Shown here: piece by piece, positions 22,953 to 34,393 of the stretch | Layout of the letters: each line of letters starts with the position of its first letter | How positions within the stretch are numbered: the first letter of the stretch is position 1 | Program-made: the position numbers and the translations under genes | Origin: Octopus bimaculoides | Lineage: Eukaryota | NCBI RefSeq assembly: GCF_001194135.2 | Contig: NC_068995.1 | Coordinates: forward strand, 10,472,320 to 10,523,859 | Direction: 5' to 3' | DNA: 51,540 bases | The notes under the pieces: generated by a model | The model's input: the letters and a program-made list of their open reading frames with translations, nothing else | Told to the model about the DNA's origin: nothing | Database searches by the model: none

Positions 22953-23310
22953 ACGTGGTAAGAAGTTTGTTTTCTAACCACATAGTTCGGGTTTCACTCT
23001 TAGGTCCAGGCACCTTAGACAGACGTCATCTAGGATAGCTTCGGGCCGATCACAGCCTTGTGAGTGGATTTGGTAGGCGGAAACTGAAAGAAACCCGTCG
23101 TGTGTGCCTTTGTGCCTGTGTTTGTCCCCAATACCGCTTGATAACCGGTATGAGTTTGTTTACACCCACGTAAATTAGCAATGCACCAAAAGTGACCTAT
23201 TGAATAGGTACGAGGCTTTAAAAAATAAGTACTGGGGCCATTTTCTTCCCCTAAAATCCTTCAAGGCGGTGCTCCAGCATGGCCGCAGACTAATTACTGA
23301 TACAAGAAAA
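22953..23310 (+). mobile_element. SINE family A, full length
   Basis: tRNA-like head gtggtaagaagtt... through ...ggcggtgctccagcatggccgcagac. Confidence 0.88.
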
Positions 23311-23952
23311 CGATAAGATGTGTGTGTGTGTGTATTCTTTTATTCTATTACTGCTTTCAGTCATTCCAGCGACGCGGTGTTTGGCTGTTGTTCGCATGGT
23401 CACATGTCCGAGATAGGAGGTTTTATGCTAGGGAGAGGAAGCACTGTCGTTTACGCAGTGCCGGTGAAAATGTGCTTAAAAACGTGTTTATATTTTTTAA
23501 TGTGATAAAGTGTAGAATTAGATTATTATCCTGCTTCCAGCTGCCAGTGTTGCTGTCAGGATTCAAAAAATAGGGCAGATTTCCACCCCACCTTAATTTG
23601 TGATTAAGGGGGAACTTTGAAAAACAAGGGGGAATTCGCGGCGAACCGATCAAATTTATTTATAAATATTCTTTTTATACGTTTGTTTCCTTTTACACAA
23701 TACTAAAACAACGGCTAAAATTTTTCTGAAGCAGCACCCCAACTAATTTTATCTACGAGCCGCCACTGTCCAGAAACTAACTGAAATCGTGCCGCAGGTC
23801 CGCTCTTTTGCGTCGCACATCTCTCGAGCAGTTCAAAACAGCGCAATAAATATCAAAATTTACTGTGCAGCTTGTTAGAAGAAATTATCAGTGAAATATA
23901 ATCTTAACGTCGATAAAAAAGAAACTGGTGAGCAGGTTATTCTATTCAAGAT

Positions 23953-24023
23953 TTAAAACGCATTCTTTAATTTTGATGATTGCAGCCTCTTCCACTGAAA
24001 TGATTTCCTTCTTGGCATTTGTA
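23953..24023 (-). CDS. Candidate terminal exon: phase 1 (x)QMPRRKSFQWKRLQSSKLKNAF* or phase 0 YKCQEGNHFSGRGCNHQN* (stop 23967-23969)
   Basis: Good acceptor tttatgttctcag; phases fit upstream minus-strand candidates. Confidence 0.2.
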
Positions 24024-24195
24024 CTGAGAACATAAAGAATCGCAAGAAATAACGGAAGGTTTTCATTTTCCGGTCCTCAACCGATTCTTTAGATTTCATT
24101 CAGCGACGAAATTACGGGAAAAGAGTCTGTTATTTTATTTGTGTGTTTGATGCTATTTTTTGCTGTTTTATGTGTGAGTGTGTGTGTATATATAA

Positions 24196-24254
<59 letters not shown>

Positions 24255-24521
24255 CATATATACATATATGTATGCGTGTATGTATTATATTTATGTATAC
24301 ACACACACACGCACGCACACACACGCACACATACACACACATACATATGCATATAGATATATACAGGAGCACATACACACGCTACATATTAAATACATAA
24401 ATTTACATACGTTTATACGCATATATAGTTGCAGTTATATGTTTATGCGTGCATACTTACTGACATTCATGTTATGAATGACGTTTGACTGAATACTTGT
24501 TAATATTTCATCTATTTTTAG

Positions 24522-24584
24522 ATAATCAATCAAATTATTGACAGAATTTACCAGACGACATTGAAATTGGTGCAAGTCCTTGAT
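24522..24584 (+). CDS. Candidate exon, phase 0-0: IINQIIDRIYQTTLKLVQVLD
   Basis: Strong acceptor atttcatctatttttag, strong donor GAT|gtaaga, 63 nt in frame, amphipathic-helix-like peptide. Confidence 0.35.
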
Positions 24585-24589
24585 GTAAG

Positions 24590-24718
24590 AAACAGATAAG
24601 CAACAGATAAACAACAGAACAACATATAAACAACAAATGAATAACAGAAAAACAACAGATGAACGATATATAAACAACAGATGAATAATAGATGGACAAC
24701 AGATGAACGACAGATGAA
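24590..24718. repeat. Degenerate ~11-bp tandem repeat AACAGAT(A/G)AAC, about 11 units
   Basis: Directly visible. Confidence 0.85.
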
Positions 24719-25704
24719 AAAAACTTATGCTTTAGTGCACACCAAACATACCAAATGAAACATATCGTCCCTAGCATGGCATAGAAAATAATCCATTTTC
24801 TACACGAACAGCAGAAAAAAATCATCAAAAATCTTTCATTTAATCTTTTGCTTGTCGAAAACATTTTCATAAGTTTGTCTTTGTTTGTTTTCAGGCTTTT
24901 AGTTAGTTATATTGTTTCATACGTTCTGAGTAATATAAAGCTTCTTTTTTTTTCGTTTTTTTTTTTCGTAGGTACTAAGTTACTCTTGTAGTTGAAAAAA
25001 ATAGGAACGTGCATCATATATGATGCATTGACAACAGGGAAATATGTTCTGTGTACCACGTGATACGCAGGACTGGCAAATGGTTAATGTGTTTAATTAT
25101 TTATTTATTTCATTAAAACTTAACTCTGGTAACTACTGAAAGAAAACTGTGCAAACCAGATTGACTTTAAAAAAAAAATCATATGATAATTATAGCGCAG
25201 ATTAACTCTGTTTCCGAAACCAACAGTAATTGTATGTATATGATGAACAACAAAGGATATGAGTCAATGGTGGAACCTTTACATAGACGCTTAAATGGCT
25301 AGAAATAAGAACCAAATCTTACTTAAATTACACCTCACTATTCTACACAAGGGAAGGTACACTGGAATATATAGTCATAAAAATACTGTCTCTAAGCAAA
25401 GATTAAAGATGGAATGGCCATAGTGGAAAAGCATTTAATTGAAGCAAGATAACAGCAACATCGTCATTATCAACAACAACAACAACACCAATAACAATAA
25501 GATATAAGATTCAACAGTAACATAAAAATTTCCCCTAATCCGCTTAAGCTTTGTATATAAATTAATCACATGCTAAACAACTGGACTTCTCCGTGAATTT
25601 TTCTCCTCTTTTCAAAAGCTTCCTAAATTCGCATGAAGCACGCAAATATCTTACAGGCAATTCAGTCATATTAAAATACTTAGCAATGTAACACAGTCAA
25701 TAAT

Positions 25705-25763
25705 GGATTTATCTCTCTCACCCTGTGTCTATCAGTCTTTTTCACTCCCTCTCTCTATCTCCA

Positions 25764-25854
<91 letters not shown>
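25705..25854. repeat. (CT)n microsatellite running into N-gap 25855-26268
   Basis: Directly visible. Confidence 0.93.
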
Positions 25855-26310
25855 NNNNNNNNNNNNNNNNNNNNNNNNNNNNNNNNNNNNNNNNNNNNNN
25901 NNNNNNNNNNNNNNNNNNNNNNNNNNNNNNNNNNNNNNNNNNNNNNNNNNNNNNNNNNNNNNNNNNNNNNNNNNNNNNNNNNNNNNNNNNNNNNNNNNNN
26001 NNNNNNNNNNNNNNNNNNNNNNNNNNNNNNNNNNNNNNNNNNNNNNNNNNNNNNNNNNNNNNNNNNNNNNNNNNNNNNNNNNNNNNNNNNNNNNNNNNNN
26101 NNNNNNNNNNNNNNNNNNNNNNNNNNNNNNNNNNNNNNNNNNNNNNNNNNNNNNNNNNNNNNNNNNNNNNNNNNNNNNNNNNNNNNNNNNNNNNNNNNNN
26201 NNNNNNNNNNNNNNNNNNNNNNNNNNNNNNNNNNNNNNNNNNNNNNNNNNNNNNNNNNNNNNNNNNNNTGTATGTATGTATGTTAATATGCTTATATTTT
26301 CGTCTAAAAG

Positions 26311-26376
26311 CGCAAATGTCATACACAGTATATCCGTTTGTGTTAGAAGTGTCTATAATCTTAAAATTGTGTGATG
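26311..26376 (+). CDS. Candidate exon, phase 1-1: (x)QMSYTVYPFVLEVSIILKLCD
   Basis: Consensus donor ATG|gtaagt; acceptor tattttcgtctaaaag is moderate. Confidence 0.2.
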
Positions 26377-27364
26377 GTAAGTCAGAGTATTTCGTCATGT
26401 CGAAAGGTTTCCTACAGTTGACATGGGTGACACTCAACGCAGTCAGTGTGAATCAGTAAAATAGTGGTACGGGTATTTAAACTGCTGGGTGCCTTTCGAT
26501 CGGTTGCATTGTTAGTGACGTTGTTGCTCATGTGATTAGTCACATGGTCGGTTATATTGTTGATGACGTAAATTTTTTTTTTAACGGGTATCAGCACATG
26601 GAGTTCAACATGTTGCTGTTCACGTGATCGGTGAGGTGTTTAAGCATGTGATTGGTTACGTGGTTGATCGTGTGTTCAGTGACGTCTATTTTTCCGATCG
26701 GTCTACCCTATAAAAAATTCCCCACCATAAAAGAAGATAAATTATGGAAGCAATACCCATAATACAGAACAATGGCAAACCGTCGAATATATTATGTGCT
26801 CTAATCTTTAAAAATAAATAAATAAATAATACAATAAACACTCCTTGATTAATGACATAAAAATCTAAACTTTAAAACGTCAAATCCCAGAAGTATTGTC
26901 AATACCTATCTTATTGGCCCTACCTATTATACCGAGGTATCAGCATATACAAACATTACTTAACCCTGATGATGAAACCATGAAAGTCGATAAACGTTTA
27001 TGAATGGCTGATTTTAAAGCTTTACTGATCCCAAGAAGCTGCGAGGAACTCATGCGAAAATATGAAAAACACTTTTAGGCAAAATAAATCTAAAACTAGA
27101 AGATAATTCTGTTTTCAATACAGCATTTTCAGGAAAATAACCAGATGGAACGGATTGGCGTTCTGTCCAAGTAAACATTTAATTGTTTTGTTTTGTTTAA
27201 GCTATGGAAAGAAAATTCTAACAGTAATCCCATGGCTATAACATTATATGAGCATACATACACATGAAGATGTTTATATATTCTTATAAAGATATTCTGC
27301 GTCAATACATATATAACTTCAATTACATATAAGTATCCATACACGTGCGTGCGCGCACGCATAT

Positions 27365-27410
<46 letters not shown>

Positions 27411-27462
27411 GTACATGTATATAGATATGTAATATTTGTATTAGATCATGTATGTATATATG

Positions 27463-27509
<47 letters not shown>

Positions 27510-27519
27510 ATATATATAT

Positions 27520-28107
27520 ATATATATAGAAAATCCCCAAAAAGAACAAACACAGAGAAAACAACAACGCGAGGACGTAGTACATGTAAGGTATTAGCAA
27601 ACGCTCAGGGAAAGAAAGAAAGATGGTTTAACGTTTCGAGCAACGCTCTTCTTCAGAAACAGAGGAAAGTCCAATAGAAAAGGAAGATGGAGGAAGAAAA
27701 CCGCCAACGATTCACATGTGGCTAATATATATGTATATACACACACAAATACATCATGAAAATATAATTGAAATTTGGCATGTATGTATGTACATGCATA
27801 AATACGAGAGAGGCAGGATTAAGAAGAGGTAACGGAAAACGCGCATTTAAACTCAAAGAAGATTGCCGAAATCAATGATAATACGTTGTTCTTCGCGTTT
27901 CAGGGTGTGTGGTGCACCATGGTATGCAGAAATTCCTGTATCGAGAACTGGTTAATGAAGTGACGGGCCATGGGTTAGTTCGGAAAGCTTTAGGAGAATG
28001 GTGTGAAGTTGCTTGCGGAAGAGATCGATCGACAGATGAATTGTTTCACCATCGTTTACGGTGCTGTTGAGTTTGCAAGTAATACAGTATATAATGTTGG
28101 TTGTGGA
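27520..28107 (-). mobile_element. Penelope-like element 3' portion: GIY-YIG endonuclease remnant plus hammerhead-containing terminus
   Basis: Minus frame NIIYCITCKL...GET..L..DLFRKQLH, then ARHF and LKREEQRIIIDFG..L...NARF, matches the typical PLE GIY-YIG pattern NIIYCI.C..C...YIGET...L..RF.EH / VARHFN / EQRLIF.LG.L...G.N.RF; frameshifted. Confidence 0.85.
27626..27660 (-). ncRNA. Minimal type-I hammerhead ribozyme motif, PLE-associated
   Basis: GTTT-CTGAAGA-A-GAGC-GTT-GCTC-GAAA-CG-TT-AAAC: intact CUGANGA and GAAA, 4-bp stem II, 4-bp stem I, palindromic loopless stem III (ACGU), putative GUU cleavage site. Confidence 0.7.
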
Positions 28108-28622
28108 CATATATATATATATATATCAAATACACGTTAACATCTGGTGATTTTGTAAATATATTTTCTACACATGTGTGTATACGTATACACCAGCTTG
28201 TAGTTTTGTAACATGTGTGCATGTGTGTTTATACAAAACATACATAGATGTCTATAAATCCCAAAACATGTTTATGTGTGTGCGTGTGTACATGCATTCA
28301 TTTGCAATTATTTACATACATACACACGCATATACGCACACCCGTATGTACATGCACTTACATACATACATACAAACGTATATATATATAGAGAGAGAGA
28401 GAGAGAAAGAGAAGAGGGCTTAACAATAAGTTTGCGTTTAATCTTCAATTTAGTTTTCTCTCCCTACATCGAAGATTATATTTGATCAATGTCCAATGCC
28501 AATGTATGTATTAGTGATGTAATTCTTTGGGTTTTACAACCTAAACTCCTCAAGAAGTGCTGCTGTGCAATGTTTTCCTCAACCTGCTTTGGTCTACGCA
28601 AACCGTTGTTGAGAATACATAC

Positions 28623-28645
28623 GGTTCTAAGGATTCTAGAGAATT
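28623..28645 (-). CDS. Candidate 23-nt micro-exon, phase 1-0: (Q)FSRILRT
   Basis: Acceptor atttaatcctttgcag, donor CC|gtatgt. Confidence 0.2.
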
Positions 28646-28689
28646 CTGCAAAGGATTAAATCCAAACATTCAAGACGTTTATTTTTTAG

Positions 28690-28785
28690 TCGTTGCTGTT
28701 GCAGTTGTTGGTGGTGGTGGGGAGGGCTGTGGTTGTGGTGGTGGTGGTGGTGGTGGTGGTGTTGCTGCTGCTGCTGCTGCTTCTG
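28690..28785. repeat. (GGT)n/(GCT)n triplet repeats
   Basis: Directly visible. Confidence 0.9.
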
Positions 28786-29445
28786 CAACTGTTGAATATT
28801 TGAGGCCAGAGATGTGCACAGAAAATATTTGTTCCGTTAAATTACAACTACAGGCTTGAGAGAATATATATGTGTGTTTATATATATATATATANNNNNN
28901 NNNNNNNNNNNNNNNNNNNNNNNNNNNNNNNNNNNNNNNNNNNNNNNNNNNNNNNNNNNNNNNNNNNNNNNNNNNNNNNNNNNNNNNNNNNNNNNNNNNN
29001 NNNNNNNNNNNNNNNNNNNNNNNNNNNNNNNNNNNNNNNNNNNNNNNNNNNNNNNNNNNNNNNNNNNNNNNNNNNNNNNNNNNNNNNNNNNNNNNNNNNN
29101 NNNNNNNNNNNNNNNNNNNNNNNNNNNNNNNNNNNNNNNNNNNNNNNNNNNNNNNNNNNNNNNNNNNNNNNNNNNNNNNNNNNNNNNNNNNNNNNNNNNN
29201 NNNNNNNNNNNNNNNNNNNNNNNNNNNNNNNNNNNNNNNNNNNNNNNNNNNNNNNNNNNNNNNNNNNNNNNNNNNNNNNNNNNNNNNNNNNNNNNNNNNN
29301 NNNNNNNNNNNNNNNNNNNNNNNNNNNNNNNNNNNNNNNNNNNNNNNNNNNNNNNNNNNNNNNNNNNNNNNNNNNNNNNNNNNNNNNNNNNNNNNNNNNN
29401 NNNNNNNNNNNNNNNNNNNNNNNNNNNNNNNNNNNNNNNNNNNNN

Positions 29446-29504
<59 letters not shown>

Positions 29505-30138
29505 ATACAGACATAGAAACAAATAGGCGTGCAGGCAGATTGAAAGAAAGAAAGATAGCAAGAAAGAAAGATAGAACGAAAGAAAGAATATAACAAACAC
29601 AAAAAGAAAGCAAGAAACAAATAAGCAAACAAAAAAAAATTAGAGAAGAGGAAAAAATAATGAAAACTGCTTGACAGAGAGGAAAGAACATAACCAAATG
29701 AAGGAAAGAAAAAAAAGGAAGAAATGGTCATAAATCTTGTGAAGAATTATGAGAGAGATTTGCAGTAGACAACCTCACCGGTTTCACAGATCTTTATGAA
29801 TTATACAAGAGTGGATCTGGAAAACCAGTGTCGCTGTCTAGTATTGGCATTACATCAAGGAATACATACAGACACAGGCGCGCGCACACACACACACATA
29901 GACACATGCCTATACATACATATGCAATACATATACATACACATATGTATACACATACTTACAAGTATACATACACACACGCACGCACGTAAGCACAAGC
30001 ACACACACTATGGATTTCTAGACAGTTTTCTCGATCATATTCACTCACAAAGCATTGCATTCCTCGGGTCTATAGTGTGTGATTCTCGTGACCCAACGGC
30101 ACACAGTTGCAAGACGAACTTGCATCTGTACGTATGTG

Positions 30139-30224
<86 letters not shown>

Positions 30225-30225
<1 letters not shown>

Positions 30226-30365
30226 ATAAGAAGGGATGACCACTAGGTGGACATCCAATGTGCTAGAAAGAGGTCATCAACGACCCAACCACAAAAGAAA
30301 AATCATGTTCTCCAGAAAAAATTCAGCAAAATACCAGAGCTTAGGCGAGCAGGACAAAATGAAAA
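30225..30365 (+). mobile_element. RTE-like LINE 3' coding remnant
   Basis: RWTSNVLE...HKR resembles RTE C-terminal RWT..VLEW.P...KR; short and decayed. Confidence 0.35.
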
Positions 30366-30424
30366 ATATATAAAAAATAAAGAACTAATTGTGTACCGGT
30401 TTCGCCATCAACTCTTTTACTTAC

Positions 30425-30458
30425 GTAAAATCATCCGTGGTTCTTCAGCACGATCGTT
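30425..30458 (-). CDS. Candidate 34-nt exon, phase 0-1: NDRAEEPRMIL
   Basis: Acceptor tattgattttag, consensus donor AC|gtaagt. Confidence 0.3.
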
Positions 30459-30536
30459 CTAAAATCAATATAATTTGCAGAACTATACACGAATTGTCTT
30501 CATAAAATTTGATATGCGTTCAGTTCTACCGATTAC

Positions 30537-30628
30537 ATTGGGGTTATTTTCAAAATGTCTCAGCTCTGGCGCGCTAAATTCCGGAAACAGTTCTGCAGAG
30601 TATAATTCACTGCAGTATATGTTGCCGA
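30537..30628 (-). CDS. Candidate 92-nt exon, phase 1-0: (x)GNIYCSELYSAELFPEFSAPELRHFENNPN
   Basis: Acceptor tatgttctctag, donor AAT|gtaatc, CpG-retaining sequence; a 78-nt intron joins it in frame to 30425-30458. Confidence 0.28.
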
Positions 30629-30789
30629 CTAGAGAACATAATTATCTAAATTTATATTTATATACTAAGGGTGATAAATTGACCGCTGGTTTTAAATTGA
30701 AATTAATATTCAATATATCACCCTCAGTATATAAATATTTATATATATACAACAATCTTCGCTAAATCGCAAAGAACACGTCGATATAA

Positions 30790-32075
30790 AAAGTGACAGC
30801 GGTTCTTTGAACAAAACAATTTGACTCCAACCAAAACGGCCTTAGCAAAATCTAGGTTAAAAAATATAAACCACTGCGCCAAGGGAACACTGCGCCAACA
30901 GCAAGAGAAGTTATGAAATTCCACCTTGGACAAAGTTGTGTAAAACAAGGACCACGGCATCTGGGCAGTTTTGCATAAGAGGTAACCCAAGCTTCGGGGA
31001 AAAGGACTGGAAATATTTGGAAGGCACCATAATAAGATGAAATCAGAAACTGAACGGGAGCACATGGAGCGCTAGCAGACTCGTTTCATTAAGTTCTGAC
31101 GGACTCGGAAACAACACTTTCTCTGTCAGAGTAGAGGGAAAACTAACCCTAAAACTATAGACCCAAAGCTTCCTTCATACACCCTTCAAAGCTTTAACTG
31201 CAATAAATCACAGGAAACAAATATCTAGAGAAAAATCAACCTCTTTCCCGAAAAGTTGAAAATATTATACAAGGGTTCATATCTCTGTAAAAATCAATAA
31301 CTTGTCAATAAACCCATGATCGAAGATTGCAGTTGAGAAAAGGATCAGAGCACGGTGTCAATTGACAACTAGAAGCCTTTTGATGGTATTTCCCACTCAT
31401 AGCTTCTGGAAATATTTGCCATGAATAAAGTAGTCCTTATAATAAGCTGATGTATTTAACACATAATGATTAAATGATAAACAATACTGCAAATACAGAC
31501 AATTTCATATTCACTATAAAAGACTTAATAGTGTGCCAATGGAGTACCCTATTCTACTCCTTTCCTGCTTTCAGATAACACTTTTAACAAACATGATAAA
31601 CAGGAATAGATTCAAATACAAATATTAAGATATGACAATCTATCATACTTTTTTCTAAATGGACGACTTCAAATTGAACGCTCTAAGTGATAATAACTAG
31701 AAACACAATTGATATGAGAATCGGATTGGGAAAATATACGAAGGCAATCTTTAAGAGAGAAAAATCAGTTTAGAATAGTAATATCATGTTAGACTTCAAA
31801 AGTATAGATAAGAGTATGACAAGAAACTCAGATTGACAGATACCTAGCAATCGATTGTACTTTACAATGGAAGAACACACAAACAAAAGAAAAGGTTAAG
31901 AAGAAATATTATAGAGGTATTGGATTAATACTTAAAACAAAGAGTAAATGCAAAATATAGGGCAGGATGCATCAGAAACCTACCTGTTCCTGTAACAACT
32001 AACTCAAGATCTTTACTCCCAGTGAAGCATTGACCAGCGACGAATTTTCTCAATGTCTGCTTCTTTCCATTATAC
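30790..32075 (+). mobile_element. Decayed R4/Dong-type (RLE clade) LINE reverse-transcriptase region
   Basis: Ordered motifs AF-DGISHS*LLEIFAMNKV (~31375), MDDFKL (31658) and DMRIGLGKYTKA (~31710) match KAFDSVPH.W, LYMDDLKL and DIGMEFGL.KC; many stops and frameshifts. Confidence 0.8.
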
Positions 32076-32099
32076 TGTATATTAGACGACTGGATTCTA

Positions 32100-32390
32100 A
32101 TCAAATACAAAGTGAATAGTCCGAAAAATTATAATCCTGTTAAGAATAGTGCATTTCAGACAAGATACACATTCATTTTTTAAACCTTCCAGCGTATTCA
32201 AATGTGAATATGCTAATCGTTGTTGTATTTCGTCATTGGAGAACAACTCCATTCAGAGAAATATTTGTTCATAAGACACTTGAACGAGAGCTTTGTTTCC
32301 TGAATTTATATATGAGAGATACAAACTCTTGTTAAATTCATTTGCCTGAGGAGATGCGACAATGTCGAAACACCGGGTGCTCTACATCCA
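32100..32390 (+). mobile_element. Possible PLE 3' remnant ending in a hammerhead-like core (32346-32382)
   Basis: YNPVK and YKLLLN segments resemble PLE C-termini; CTGAGGA...GTC-GAAAC follows. Confidence 0.4.
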
Positions 32391-32825
32391 AAAGGACGAA
32401 AGATGAAGCGTTTCTGCGAGTTGGGTAGCTCTGAATGCAGTCTAAAAAGTCAAGAACCAATTTCCAATTCATTACAGATCATTTAAGCTGAAATATAACA
32501 ACGCTTTGAAAGTAAGGTATCTTTAGAAATTTAAACAAAAAAAAATTATTATACAAATTAGAGTTTGTTTTGAAAAGCAAATGTTTTCTCTAAAAATAGC
32601 TTAAATTATTTTTGTTTTTGTTTTTAAGTAAAAATAATGATGACAAAAGCAATGGTTATTTAATTTTGGTCGGAAATAAACAAGTTCCGTTTGTATTTTT
32701 TCTTTAATCTAAATGGAATTATATTATTTGATTTTACCAACGGCGAATAATTTTACAAAAGAAAAAGTCAAGAATTTTTTAGACGTCTAATTTTATGATT
32801 ATCATGGGAGTTACACAGACACACA

Positions 32826-32826
32826 T

Positions 32827-32910
<84 letters not shown>
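32826..32910. repeat. (GATA)n microsatellite
   Basis: Directly visible. Confidence 0.95.
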
Positions 32911-32911
<1 letters not shown>

Positions 32912-32954
32912 TATATACTTGTATATATAAATATATATATAGAGAGAGAGATAT

Positions 32955-33148
32955 TCTTTTATTCCTTTTCTTGTTTCAGTCATTTGACTGCGGCCATGCT
33001 GGAGCACTGCCTTTAGTCGACCCCAGGACTTATTCTTTGTAAGTACTTATTCTATTGGTCTCTTTTGCCGAACCGCTGGATACGGGGACGTAAACACACC
33101 AACATTAGTTATCAAGCGATTATGGGGAGGACAAACACAGACACATAA

Positions 33149-33183
<35 letters not shown>

Positions 33184-33365
33184 CATACACACATATATAT
33201 ACGACAGACTTCTTTCGGTTTCCGTCTGCCAAGTCCACTCACAAGGCTTTGGTTGGCCCGAGGCCATATTTGAAGACACTTGCCGAAGGTGCCACGCAGT
33301 GGGACTGAAACCAGAACCATGTGGTTGGTAAGCAAGCTACTTACCACACAGCCATCCCTGCGCCT
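32955..33365 (-). mobile_element. SINE family A, full length and well conserved
   Basis: Both halves, internal (CATA)(CA)n, head ...ttaccacacagccatccctgcgcc. Confidence 0.92.
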
Positions 33366-33373
33366 GTATGTAT

Positions 33374-33427
<54 letters not shown>

Positions 33428-33490
33428 GTGTGTGTATTATACATGTTATAGAAATATATATACTTATATGTATATTCACATATAAGTATT

Positions 33491-34393
33491 CGTGGTCTGA
33501 TCAATATCCGGACAATTGCCATAGTAACGAAGCTAAAGCACGCAGGATGAAGCCGCTTGGTACAGATTGACTGTAAACTCTGCTGTGCATGAGCACTAAG
33601 TTTTAACGTTCTAGCCCACTTTCGTTGTTTACAGCAGCGCTTAGAAGGAAGGTGTGTAGCATGCGATCGTCGCATTGACCATGTCAGAGAAAGTTGAGCA
33701 GAGAATATGCATCGAATTATGCCAAAAGCTTGGTGATACCGGCTCAGAAGCCTACGCACAGTTTCAAACAGTTTTCATCGTTCTCGATACAAACAAGGAG
33801 ATCTTGTACAAGTGAAACTCGACTGTCTTTTTGGTCATCTGAAAGCAGTTTTGACACAAACTTGGCAGACCTGCGTCTCATACCCAAATCTTCAATGATA
33901 ATGGACTGAACGGAACCGTAACTAATCTGCACATCCCCTGATAACTCACAGATGGTGATTCGAGGATTTCCCCTCACAGCTGCATGCACATCTGAAATGT
34001 TTTTTTCTCAGTTCTGCTGGTTGCGGGTCTCCCGGAACGTTCGTCACTATCGACATTTTTTCGGCCATCTTGGAAACGTCTGAACCGCCCCCCCCCCACC
34101 ATATACATGTGTGCGGTTCATATACTCCTCTCCATACACTTTCTGCAACTTTGCGTAGGCCTCTGAGCAGGTATCGCCATGACAACTTTCTCTGTCATGG
34201 TCAATGCGACGGTCACACGCTACTACACACGTGCTTTTCAAGCACTGTTGTAAACAGCAGAAGTGAGCCAGAACGTTACAACTTAGTGCGCATGCACAGC
34301 AGAGTTCAAGGTCAATCTGTTCCATGCAGCTTTACTTTGCGTGCTTTAGTTTGTTACTATAGCAAAGTCCAGTTACTTATTGATCAGATTACG
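33491..34393. mobile_element. Mariner derivative made of two inverted 5' halves (non-autonomous)
   Basis: TIR-like cgtggtctgatcaata... and ...tattgatcagattacg|TA. The + strand reads MSEKVEQRICIELCQKLG. The - strand reads PRITICELSGDVQISYGSVQSIIIEDLGMRRRSAKFVSKLLSDDQK, matching mariner LGMRKV.AKFVPKLL. Arms are ~265 bp and homologous. Confidence 0.9.

Noticed and set aside
24522-24584. Glypican assignment for IINQIIDR
   Set aside because: Only a 6-residue match; the exon boundaries and the rest of the peptide do not fit.
27901-28070. + strand exon with a strong acceptor (CVVHHGMQKFLYRELV...RLRCC*)
   Set aside because: The minus strand is a clear PLE GIY-YIG remnant, so the + ORF is its antisense shadow.
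28557-28859. Poly-Gly/poly-Ala ORF like a transcription-factor exon
   Set aside because: It is driven by (GGT)n/(GCT)n repeats, the flanking frame is not protein-like and there are no supporting splice sites.
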